A stretch of DNA of 64,000 nt from Pecten maximus (lineage: Eukaryota). The notes beneath the pieces were generated by a model. The model saw only the letters and a program-made list of their open reading frames with translations. It did no database searches and was not told where the DNA came from. Made by a program: the position numbers and the translations under genes. Below are positions 36,301 to 48,900 of this stretch, in pieces. Location of the stretch: the NCBI RefSeq assembly GCF_902652985.1, contig NC_047020.1, positions 38,068,001 through 38,132,000 on the forward strand, written 5' to 3'. Within the stretch, counting starts at the first letter, position 1. Each line of letters starts with the position of its first letter.

Positions 36301-37152
36301 CCACATAATCGATTCTGGGCCTCTTTCAAAGCGCTCTTCCTCTTGCTGTTTTATTAATGCAAAAAGTTCACTAAATGACTTATGGTAGCCTTCTTGAAGC
36401 ATGTCCAAACACAAATTATGCTTGTATGAATTCCTGTAACTGAAATCAGAAAAAAAGAAAAGGTTAAAATGCATAAATATAAACTTAATTGTTAATACAA
36501 AATATATGATGTACATTAATACAAACTGTACAGTATTTAATTGATAATAAATCTTGCAGTAATTGATTTTAAGATATCTTCACATTGAAGCTGTCCCAAG
36601 AACCTTTTGAAGCATAGAAAATAAAAAGGACCCCATACTTTATCAGGATGTCCCTTCAAATTATACAAGGGGCCCCATTCAATCTGAAAAGGATTGAGTT
36701 AGGACCCAACTTATTAGATACCCAGCACAAACCCAGGACTGTTCAATCTCAGAGGTATTGAAAATACATGCTGGGATAATCTATAATCAGTAAAGAACTG
36801 AATCCTGGAAGTATATATGCAATTTTCTAACTGGATGTAGATGTAAGACACAATCAACTATTTATATACATTGTTCCAATCTGACATGAAAATATCTTGG
36901 TGATAGTATAAATTAATGTACAACAGAAACATACCCGGCTGTTTGCCTCTTAGAAAGATCAGGCTGTTGTTGCCGGAGTATATCATGTTTAACAAATAAA
37001 TCCCTGTCTGTGGGTGAACCAGGAACTTTACGTAGGGGTTTCAGCTTCTTTCCACTGGGTGGACCTTTAGGAGGGGAGGGCATGAAGTGTTGTACATTCT
37101 GCCCTTTCCTGCTCCCTGCAGACCCATTAATCGGCGGCAGAGTGGCCGCCAT
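30329..37152 (-). CDS. TTC29: Tetratricopeptide repeat protein 29 (~506 aa)
   Basis: Exons 37152-36935, 36439-36216, 35234-35046, 34459-34244, 33393-33308, 32841-32750, 32106-31983, 31117-30883, 30465-30329 are in frame (1521 nt). YRNSYKHNLCLDMLQEGYHKSFSELFAL...LTRAEEA matches the TTC29 N-terminal signature, followed by TPR helices. Confidence 0.9.
33920..34130 (+). mobile_element. Degenerate tRNA-derived SINE in a TTC29 intron
   Basis: GGGTTCAATTCAC B-box-like motif and the GGTTTTCCTGGGGTACTCCAGTTTCCTC core shared with the SINE at 43283. Confidence 0.6.
35832..36158. mobile_element. Tc1/mariner(pogo)-type MITE with TA TSD
   Basis: TA|CCGTATTTACGGCAATTAG...CTAATTACGGCAAATACGG|TA. Confidence 0.75.
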
Positions 37153-38652
37153 TGTGGCCCTCACTGAAACATAAACAGATCAATGTCAATACAGAATAAC
37201 TATACAATACCCTAAACATCATAGACAAGCATGTCAGTCAGTTGGACTGGGACCACCCAGAGTAATGACATACAATTAAAAACTATCATTTTTTCTGCAC
37301 AAAGAAATATTTTAGTTATCATAAATGATCATAATTACTGTTATAGCTGTCAAACCCCTGTATTGTTGATATTTTAATGTATATGTCATAGCTCTGTGCT
37401 TATGTATGCTATTGCTTTCATTTTACAGTATGCTATGCTTATAGTTCTACATTCTGGGGATCAAATTGTTTTTGTATGCTTCTATTATAAAGCAACACAA
37501 ATACCTGAGCCTTTATTTATGAAACCTGCATGCAATAATTCTCATACATGTAAACTGTGCTCAACCCAGTTTTCTTTGAACTCGCTTAAATTGTAAAATG
37601 TCAGTTAAAAAAAACAACTAAAAACATTGAAAATAATATCTGAATTTAAGTCTTTCTGAAATCCTTCAAATCAATGAAAAAGTATTTAATTTATATATGT
37701 AATTTATAACCCAAAGTATTTGATCCTGAGCACGTACAGAATGTGTATTTGAGCATAAGTATTGTTTATGGATTATACGGAATATGGACCAAGGACACAT
37801 TGTATAATATTGTTCAATATAAAAGACATTAATTATGTCTCTCATAACACTGCTGTAGATAACATACATGGAGTATAATGATGATATGTATTTTAATCTG
37901 ATTTATAGCAAGCAATGTACGACTGAAAGTTTTAAGATGAACTGCTAGACATTTGAAATTCGAATCCAATGAATAATTCCATAGGTAGGCCTAAATAAGT
38001 TGAAAACAAGTTTCTGTTTCACACAAATATGAATATATATTGTAGATCTAGTAGGCTAGTTACTGCGAGTAATTTATAATCGTTTGTCACGTTCTTGATA
38101 CACGATATATACATTGGATATATTTCAAATACGTTTAATTTTGCATCTAGATATTTCGTCAGAAAGTTAAGACACATACTGGAAGTATTGAACTGAGTAC
38201 AGTACTGAGTATGCAGTGATATGAGAATGAAACAACGAACTAAATTTGTTTCCTAACTTGATGATGTGCAGTACATACATGTGCATGTCAGTAAATGACA
38301 ACATAAAATAACCGACAAATAATGTCATCAATTTATATCAACACAATTAGGCATATATACTGCAAGTGTTATATTTCAAATATCATATCATTTGCAGCGT
38401 GCTATAGGGTCTACTTTAGTCAACATTCTTCGGATTCACCAAAACTAGATCGAGAACAACTTTCAATTTCAATCATATCAGCTAGAAATACATATGCGAT
38501 AACATATGAAACTTTGATTTAGATAAATTAATGTATATTTATGTTTTCCATTTTCTTATTTTGTGAATCCGTGGCATGACTAAGGCTTATTTTACCTCCT
38601 AAACAAGAGTCGACGATATACAAGGTAAGTCAACGGCTGCCATAAGTTTTTC

Positions 38653-38666
38653 GTTGCTAGGACAAC
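38653..38666. promoter_or_regulatory. RFX X-box at the likely TTC29 promoter
   Basis: GTTGCTAGGACAAC fits the GTTGCC-N-GGYAAC X-box palindrome. It lies ~60 bp from a minus-strand donor (GGAG|GTAAAA at ~38596). TTC29 is a ciliary/flagellar gene. Confidence 0.6.
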
Positions 38667-39227
38667 CTTAGCCGCGCAGTGAATAAACGTAAACCACACA
38701 CATATCACCATGACGTAAACATTTAAAATATTCTACCGAATCATTAACAATTAAAATATAAACTCAGTTTATGCTTTTAATATTGCATTTGTGTTTCTTA
38801 TGTATATTAGAGGATTGTATTATTCTTCCCCGAGACTACGGGCACTTCACTGTAAACTTCCGGTTAAATAACTGCTGTTGACTTGTGAGCCCGGCCGAGG
38901 TTGGCAGAGTCTATTTTAGGTTTGCCTCTCAGATGTTCGCTCCAGTTTAAGATTACATGGCGTGCATGATACATAAGCTAGACATATAACTAACAATATT
39001 CTGTCTGACTTCGCAATATTAATAATTATTTTAACAAATTTAAAACGGGCTTACTCAGATAGGATGTTGTGAGATTTCCCATTATTGTCGTGATCACTTT
39101 AAAAGCCTGATGTATGTCAATATACAATAAATTGAACTTAACCGGAAGCCTGTAAAATAATGAGAAGTGTTCCCTTGACCAAATTTACTGGCATGAAGTT
39201 CTAGCACCATATATTCCCTGTTTATTA

Positions 39228-39604
39228 TGTAGCGGAACTGGACCGGGTCGATCATCGGCGACCAGGTAGCTCAATTGGTAGAGCATCCGGCTAGTGTTCG
39301 GAGGTCTCGGGTTCGAACCCCGATCTGGCCGTGCATTTTTTCACTCCTATTACATTTGGTGCCTGTGACCAAACCTTGTTTCAAGTGAGGTGAATACTTG
39401 ACAAGGAGATACCCGAACCTGGGTTGTGAGTTGTGAAGTCTTCAGGGTCGAAGACTTAAAAAAATAGGAGGGAAGAGTGTAGCAGAACTGGACCGGGTCG
39501 ATAATCGGCGACCAGGTAGCTCAATTGGTAGAGCATCCGGCTAGTGTTCGGAGGTCCCGGGTTCGAACCCCGGTCTGGCCGTGCATTTTTCCACTCCTCT
39601 TACA
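39228..39604 (+). mobile_element. Intact TRIM (377 bp) with a tRNA-Thr(AGT)-like Pol III unit inside each 127-bp LTR
   Basis: LTRs 39228-39354 and 39478-39604 (TG...CA, 6 mismatches), ATTA TSD, PBS TGGTGCCTGTGAC (tRNA-His-like) right after LTR1, PPT AAATAGGAGGGAAGAG right before LTR2. Each LTR has A box TAGCTCAATTGG, B box GGTTCGAACCC and an oligo-T terminator. Confidence 0.9.
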
Positions 39605-39990
39605 ATTATATCTAGTATGTATACCAACAGGAGTTTCAAATGTAAACTGCAAAAAACTTGTCATTTTTCAAAAGGAGAAAAAGCTGATATGTTTGAAACT
39701 CTCTGGAAAAGACTGTATAAAAGTATGGATATTTTGCAATAAAACTTCGTGCAGATATGTTATCAGCTAATTGTAAATGCTGAATTATCTATAAAAAATC
39801 AGCAAGTAGTTGTATGTTGTAAATTGTAAGTCACCATGTCGCCAAGTATTTTATAACAATATATTCTCCATCGTTGTTTCAATTTTTAATGGTGAAAAGA
39901 TATATGTGTTTCACCAACAGGATACAAATCTCCCCGTTTCTAAATGACAGAACGACTTTTGATCTTTCAGTGATAAAGTTATAACCAAGA

Positions 39991-42900
39991 ATGACATCCA
40001 CAACTTATTGGGGTGAACTGCCCAGTCTTCCTGACACAGATTCAGGGATTGCGGCCATTGAGAGAGAGCAGATGACGAAACCTCGTCCGATGGATGTGGA
40101 GGGCCCAAGACTTCACCAGCCTTCCAGTAGACATCATCCTCCCACAAATGAGTATGTACTCGACATACATGTTACCCCAGTCTGTACTCAACATACATAT
40201 TACCTTTCACCCCACAATGAGTTATGAACACCTGTACTCTCTCAACATATACATATTGCCACCATCCAAACAATAAACATACCAGTACATGTATATATTC
40301 CTGCCAGACCCACAAAAACTATTTATATGGGTTCTGATGACGGTTGGCCTAGCCATCCGAAACATGTAAACATATTAAAACCTACAAGTTTACCGAATCC
40401 TTTGTGTTGATGCTCCATCCCTTATCTATTTGTATTTATATGTGTGTACATAATGCATGTAGTATGATCCTCTCCATTGTCAACAGCCCTTTATATTGTT
40501 CAACAATGATACTGCCCGCCTTCCTTTCATCATGTCCAGCTAAACCCCTCTAATAGAAGGACACACCTCCAGGCCACATTTAATAACATGTTTGATATAT
40601 TTTATCGATATGTTTTGAATTCTCTCAAACTCCTACCATCTGTTCATCAGACATCATTCTCCTTAAGTGAAGTCCAACTTAAGGTTCTCAGAGAATCAAT
40701 CAGATACCAAAGTAATATCTTTGAAATAAATTTAATAAAATATTTTGGTGGTGGTCCAAATTTTGCAAGTACCAGCAATTTGCCATTATTGATTTCAGTC
40801 CCCTGCCAAGTGAACAGTTTGAAATGGACCCCATCGTTTTACACACCATCCGACTTGTTCAACATGCCAAGAAACTCCGTCAACTCATCTCCAGCGTCCA
40901 ACAACAACAGGAAGCTGTTGTATGTATTCTTGTCAATGGTTTGATAATTTGTTGTACTAAAACATAGATGTAACATCCTTCTTAGGCATACAATGCATTG
41001 TAGCTTACTCAGCTTGTTCATTGTCAAAAAATAATAAACATCAGACATCATTCTATTGTTTAAGAAATCTAGCATACTTCTGGAGTTAAATTTTAACATA
41101 GAAATATCAATGCTATTTTGATGATTTCTATCTGTAAAACAAAAAATCCAACTTATCCATCAGAAATGGTAGGTTAGATAAATTACATCATTTTAAGGTA
41201 ATGGTTTGTCAAAAAATTCTGTACTGTTTCAAAATTTGAAATCATGAATGTATATATGTCAAATCCCTCATGGAACATTGACAATATGATTTTTAAAAAT
41301 AGATCACACATATATATAAGTATTGAAGTTCATATGGTTGCTCTGAGGTCATTGATCAGGTTCTTCTGTATCAAGGTTGCCACGGTGATTGACCATTCCT
41401 GTATTGTTTTGTAGAAAAACGGAGAGAGTGAGATAACATACCCAGCTACCCCACCTATCCCAGAATTCACTGGCTCTCTGCCGAAACACAAGGTTCAGGG
41501 ACCAGTGCCATTCATGCTAAAGGAAATGGAGAGGTTTGTAAGACAAGTGTAACACATTAATTCAGACCGAGGGATAAAGATTAATTACACACGGTGAATT
41601 TATCTGCACTAGAACATGACCTTTGCTAGAGTTAAATTGTCCAGGGGAGATAACTTAGTATTTCTTGTATCTTATTTGATACTTTATCTAATGATTATTT
41701 TTTTGTATTTCAATTGATGATTTTTTAAAATATATTTTTATTGGTGAATTTTTAAAATTTAATTGATGATTTTATTTAAACTTTTCTGAATATTTACACA
41801 TAAAATAATTATATATTTTTTTTTATCTTATTAAGTGTTCAGAATGTTGATATGCTTTAAGGAACTATACCGGTATGTTATTTGTATTATGAAATGTCTT
41901 TTTGCAGAATTATAAACAAATATATAAACGTGGGAATGACAAAGACCGACACATACATTAATCAAAATATCTTTCTTTTAATTTCAATCTTTGCATTCTT
42001 TTATCAAAATAAATAACATGCAATTCTAGGACATATCATAAATCATAAAACACCATTTTTGGATATTGAAAGAACGTAATGTAGACTAATAGTAATACAT
42101 AAAGAGATTCCCAATGATGTCGAAAATATTTCATTATGTTTTTGTGGCGTACGCTTTTGAACTTAAAATGGATTTGAACACTTCAACAGTATCTTCTCAT
42201 TAAACGTTGATAATAGACATCTTAAAAATCAAAAAGTTGAAAAAGGTAAAAATGGGTTTAAAATCTTATAGATATGACCTTTGACTTTGTGTTTATTGAT
42301 AAACATTGTTGTTAATATGAACTTTGCAGTGACTTTGTGAAGGGAATTGGTGAACCACCCCCGGAGATTGATGATCTTTCCTGTAGGAAACTTCTACGGA
42401 GATCAGTATCGGCCGTATGTGCACACACTGGTTATGACAGTAAGTATAGACATAAAAAAAAGACAAAAAACAAAAAACCATGCATGTATACTCAAAGGAC
42501 TTTGAGTTGAAGCTAAGTTGACCAATGTTATTTTAGGGAGTACAATGCAAACATGCACTCATATGTGTGCTGTTTGCCCTGTATCCAGAATTGGACTATC
42601 TGAAAATCACTGACTTGTCATTTTGGAATCATTTGTCAAGATGTTTGTATCTGTCATGTATAAGGATATATTTTGTGAAACATTTTCATGATTCGGTTTC
42701 ACTTTCATGCACATTGTATATGTCATTCTCTGTACTGTTGTCGTATACAGACAACAAAAAATTGTGACATCTCCTGCTCGTATTTTAAGTTCATGTTAAT
42801 AATTATATAGTAAAGGAATTTATGTTATTTTTCTTTGATCCTAATTAAGGCACGAGTGAATCAATCATGGAGACACTGACCGATATCACACATGAGTATT

Positions 42901-45900
42901 TTCAACAGCTGACCACTCACCTGCGGACTGCAGTGGACAACCGACTCCTACATGGATACAATGGCTTCCCGGTAGGTTACACAGAGCCATGCTCAATGAT
43001 TCTGGTTTAATTATAGTAATGAAAGTAGGTAAAATATTGTGTTAACTGTAATTTCCATCAAATTTCAATTACAGAGGAAATGTTATCAAGTCCACAAAAA
43101 GTGAAATATCAGTAATATAACTCAATAATGTTGATAGGCCAAAAATGATTTATATGCACAAAAATGAAAAGGTTTACAGTGAAAACTGTGATCTGAATAC
43201 AGTGTATGCTGACATGTTTCTGATCAGAATCCTGATGAAATAAGTCCTGTGTATTCAAACAGCCATCATCGTAATTTGACGATGGGGCCGCGGTGGCCGA
43301 GTGGTTAAGGTGTCCCGACACTTTATCACTAGCCCTCCACCTCTGGGTTACGAGTTCGAAACCTACGTGGGGCAGTTGCCAGGTACTGACTGTAGGCCGA
43401 TGGTTTTTCTCCGGGTACTCCGGCTTTCCTCCACCTCCAAAACCTGGCACGTCCTTAAATGACACTTGCTGTAAAAAGGACTTTTAACAAAAACAAACGA
43501 AACCACATGTAATCTGACATCCTGTCTTATCTGAATCATAATCCATCACAATGAAAACTATGGAATAAAACCTGTGTAGTCTGACAACTATCAGTGTAGT
43601 TGATAAATTTGGTTTGTCTAAGAGGCAGGGTGTGTCAGATTAGACAGGTTTCCTTGTTAACATATATGGAAGTCAACTATAAGGTTAAAAGTATGTAGGT
43701 AAAAATTGTAGTGATGCCACTTAAATCAATTTTAAGGGAGTCAACTCTGCCAAACCAAATTAAAAACTTTAAAAAAAAAGTATCTTGTAAATGAATAAAC
43801 AGACTGTATTCCTTGCAGTTTGTACTTGATTGCAGTTCATAGATTATAAATTTTAAATATATTTATTATTTATTTAGAAAAACACTTGAAATTTGTAGTC
43901 TGAATACTCTGCCCTTTTGTGTTGTAGGATGTTGTGGAGGAGGTGTTCCATCAGGTAGGAATCGGTAGTGTGACCACACTCCATGGCTTCTATCAAAATC
44001 ACATCATCAACTACCAGAAAAATATGGAACAGACGTGCCAGCAACTTGTCACTGAGTATGAGAAGATGAAACTACCAACCATGATAAAGATGGAGACTGT
44101 GCCGGTCATAAGGTAACAAGTTAATATGGTGGCCATTCTGTAGGTCTGAAACGCTTGGTCCAGGTTTTACAAAGCTGACAATATTAAAGCAATTTTTGAT
44201 CATTGGAATGTATAATAAAAAAATCTTGTTTTGTGATGTTTGTTAATTCAGTGGAAATGACAAAGTATCTCAACCTAGTATTTTGACCATTAGATTTTTT
44301 TTAAACATAACCTTACATTGTCTTATTGATGAAAAATTAAACTTGAACTGTAATGATTCACTATATAAGCTGAACTGTAAGTTTAGATCATTACATTATG
44401 TTGTAGACTCAGTGGGAGGACTTTGTCATAGCTTTCTTTTTATTTCTGAATATCGGCATTTGAATTTATATCATTATTTTATATAAATTCGAGAAATATT
44501 GATGCTGTAGCTTCCTTATATTTTATGAATATATTATAAGGGTAGAAATCTTAACTGACATACATCATCAAAGAAACTAAAAATGAAAATAAATAAAAGT
44601 ATTTCCCTTTTTTCCCCAAAGAATAAAAGAAGAGCCATGTTCAGAGATTCAGTTTCCTGTTTTGGATGAGAATGATGAGATCAATGATGCGGAACAGTTA
44701 CTACAATTGGAAGGTGAGAATGCAGTGTTGAGTGATGACCATCAACCTTACTTGAGTCAATATATTAGATTTTGCATTTTGGTGATTTGTTATTGAATAT
44801 TGGTATTTTTTACAGCCATCTAAATGGCTATTAAAGAAACTGAATGGGGTGGGGCTGTAAGGGGGTCTGAGGCAGGGATAGATCTTCGGTGACCATCTAT
44901 TTTCTTATTTGTTTGATTTGTTAAACAAATTTTACCTAAATTTTGACAGGTCTGAGTGGATTTGAGATAACTGTTGAACATGAATCAACAAGTGGTCTTA
45001 CAACAGAGATGGATTCCAAATGGCAGAGTGTGAAATCGGAATCTGCCGAAGGAGGCACAAGGTTGGTGTAAAAAGAACAGAATTAAATTATTGAATTTTT
45101 TTACTGTTGATAAGACGCAGCATCATGGTAGCGACTGTCGATCGCGAGACATTCAGTCCCTATGTTCCAGCACTATTGTCTGACAAATATTTGCCAGGAT
45201 GAATTGTTTTGGGCAATTACCCTAGATTTTATTTTTAGTCCCCTACTAGAGAAACCTGGTGGTGGGGTGGGGTTGGGGGCTTAAGTTTTCCTCTCTTCCC
45301 GTCTTGTGTGTATGGTACGTAACAAAAATTTGTTAGTGATCCAGTGGCTTCATTCACTAAGGGGTTTTGATCCAACTTCCCACTATTTTTGAAAAAATAC
45401 AAGATTCTTTGAAAATCATTATGGTGTAATAGCTGTTTAGCACTATTTAGGGGGCATGTATGCTATAGCAATGCACAGTATGCTTGTTAACCCTCTTTCC
45501 TTTGCTTGTAGCATTTTTTATGTTCGCTACTTATGGAGGTATTGCATTTACTGTCAAATGTATTGGTTTTGAAGACTCGGTTTATTACTGCATTAATCTA
45601 ACTCTCTCCTGTTATGTTGACATTGGGTCATACAACCTTTTTGACCTGTTGATTTTATTTTTCAGCTCACGTCTGAGTTTTGATGTGTTTGACGAGCCTG
45701 GGAGCGTGAAGCCACCTCGGACACCCGCCCAGCTGAGTGAGGGTGGTGACAGTATAACAGACCCTGCCTCTATACCAGGCTCCGACATAATGTCTCCCCC
45801 CTCCATAACCTCACGACCAAGTAAACCAAAGAAAAGGTAAGTAAAGAAAAATCAAACCAATAGTTTCTATGTTTGTCATTATGGCCAGGCCCCGCTTGCA

Positions 45901-48900
45901 CAAAACATCTCAAACTGAGCAAAATCTCAAACTCAAATCGATCTCAAATCCTTGAGATTTTTCTCACTTGAGATTTTCTCGAATATGGCTTTCACGAAAA
46001 ATCTCAACTCAGTTTGAGTCCGGTCTCAGCTGAGACGGCTATTTTTGAAAGTGAAAGTAGATCTTTTGTAATGGAGGTGAAAAAGACATGTCGCGCTATT
46101 TTTCGTATCACTATTTTTCCCGTACTCCTGTCAACTGACGTCTGCAGTTGTCGTCTGCACTTGTGGTAGTAATAATGGCAACAAAAAGAGCCATGAATTG
46201 GACAGAGAAGGAGAAGGTGGTCCTGGTGGAGGAAGTTGTTAGAAGGGAAGATATCTTATTCGGCAAATTCCGTGGGTCCGTAGTGACCCATGAGACAAAA
46301 CAGGCTGCATGGGATGCGGTGACATTCAGTGTTAATGCGTAAGTAAATGCGATATATATAAAATATGTACTGGTGATCCGATTTGGGCACTGTCACCTTA
46401 TACCAAGGGTATACATAGATAGATATATCATGCATAAGGACAGTAAGATCTCATAGAATGATATAAACCGATTATAACTTAATTGTGATACCTATAGCCT
46501 TACGGGAACTGTCGTAGGTTTTGATTGCATTCCCAAAACCTATCAGAAAATTTTGTGTATGTATATATGGCGCGGGAAGGATGTCATAATTAAATATTTT
46601 TGCCTTGCCAAAAATTAAATATTGTCCAGGCAAAGTTATTTCTGCCTAGACAAAAATCGAATATTGCTTAGGCAAAAATATTTCAGCCTAGGCAATATTC
46701 GCTTTTTGCCTAGGCAAAATTTTGTTTCGATTATTGCCTAGGGAAAAATCGAATTTTGCCTAGGCAAAAAATGATTTTGCCTGGGCAAAAATATTTGATT
46801 ATGACATCCTTCCCGCGCCATATATGTACAATGTGTATACGTCATGTACGTGGCCACTGTATGAGATATTGAAATGTTGTGCTTGATTTTTATAGTCCAT
46901 TTTAAATTTTGTGTGCACCATAATAGGAAAAGGCAATGAAAATGCAAGTAAATATACATATTTTTAAAGAAATTATTGATTTCCATCAGATTTTTTTCAA
47001 CATACATGTACATATATTTTATTTTGCAGTCACATTGATGTACAAGATACAAGTCATTGCAAGAAACATTTTACGTCGAATATACACAACATAGTATCAT
47101 GAGCTCGAAAGAGCTTGTATTTCGACAAACATCAATTAAAACAGATATACAAACAACAAATAAATATATCACAACACTTTACATAGTTGCAATCACAGAT
47201 ATAGATTTAACTTACATCACAGATTTATGGATTAAATAGATAAAGATCTGAGAATGAACACCAGTATAACATAGACACTGTGTTACTAGAGTTTTAATTA
47301 AAACACAATAGAGAAGTGTAATGTACATATATATGCTAATGTAGCAAAGAGTAAGAATTTTGAGAATACACTAATATAGTGTACATTAAAAGAAAACAAT
47401 CTTGATAGTAATTTAAATAGATGAAATTAAACTGAGGAATGAAATCAAAACTTGAGACAGCATATTATGAGATACAAAGTATAAAATATCCAGAATAGAA
47501 CGCCATAATTAAGCCACATCTCTGAAAGCACATATATAGAGAGTACGGAATAAATAAACATAGAGGTATACACAACGGGACAGTGTGTGAAACAAAACTT
47601 TACTCTAAAAGGTAATCATACATGTATTTGCATATGAATAAAATATTTTACAAATGTCTGAAATTTAAATGAAGAATTATGCAAAACAACTCATATACAC
47701 AATATATATACAAATAACTTTTTCCAAATTCTGAACAATAAAGAAGTTCTTTTTTTTCCATGAACTTTGTCATTTTATTATTTTGTTATCACAAATCATA
47801 GGAATATTTATGCAAGCTTTCATTGACCAAAAATAAATAGAAATAATTGAAATCTTACTAGATTCATGTAGTTTTTCCCAGTTAATTATGTTGAAGTACT
47901 TTGCCAAAAATTCCAGACATTATTGATGGTGACTCATGAAGATATGATGAATGGTGATGATGATGATTTAATGATGATATACATATGTATATATGTGTTT
48001 GGAAAAAAAAATTAAAAAAAATATTCCAGACATTAATTACAAACATAACAAAACTAATATGAATCCTCATTAGACCAGCCCTGGACTGTCAGTTTCACTT
48101 ACAGAACGTCACCATATATATGTACATGTATACACTGTATGTAAAACTTTTCTCATTAACATTCAAAGTGTAGATAATTACATACCATTGGTACATACAT
48201 ACAGGACACACATACAAATTATGTATCCACTAAGCAAAACTCAATTAAATATTGTTGAATCCGATACTTTTTTTCAGTTTTTGCTGAATTAACTTCAAAA
48301 ATGAATTCATCATCAATTTCGTTCTGGTTGCATAGATTACAGATTTTAATACAAGAGTTTTTTTAGGGCCTTTGTTCCATCTTCCATATGTTTGTTTGGT
48401 CTTACATAGATATTGCCATTATATGAGTTATCCATGGAAGTAGATATTTCTTCACGTTGTGGGTACACAACTGTATCTCTGATAACTATATGTACACCCC
48501 ATAATATATATTGATTTTAAAAATAATGGCATGTATGAAATATTGTTTTCAGCATTGCTCAAATCCAGAAATCCACTGACCAAGTAAGGAAGCAGTATTC
48601 TAATATTAAGCAGAGAGGTTTGTATTATTCACACAAAAAAATTCAAAAAATATACTTGCATGGTATTTTTGTTGAAAATTTGCATTTCAATTCTGTTACT
48701 CGGTATCCTTTGTCAATTAAATCTTCTCTTCTGCTTGAGAGTTTTGGAATTTGTTAGGTAGGAATTGCAACTCAGCAAAATGTTTTTAATTCATTTCAGC
48801 AATTTGATTATTATAGAATTTGATTTAAACTTTAATTAATTCTTTTCATTCATACACAATAATGATAACCACATACGAATGTAGTAAACTAATATAAATC

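Noticed and set aside
39260-39582. Two genuine tRNA-Thr genes
   Set aside because: The acceptor stem is mismatched and both units are embedded in LTRs with PBS, PPT and TSD, so they are better explained as TRIM cargo.
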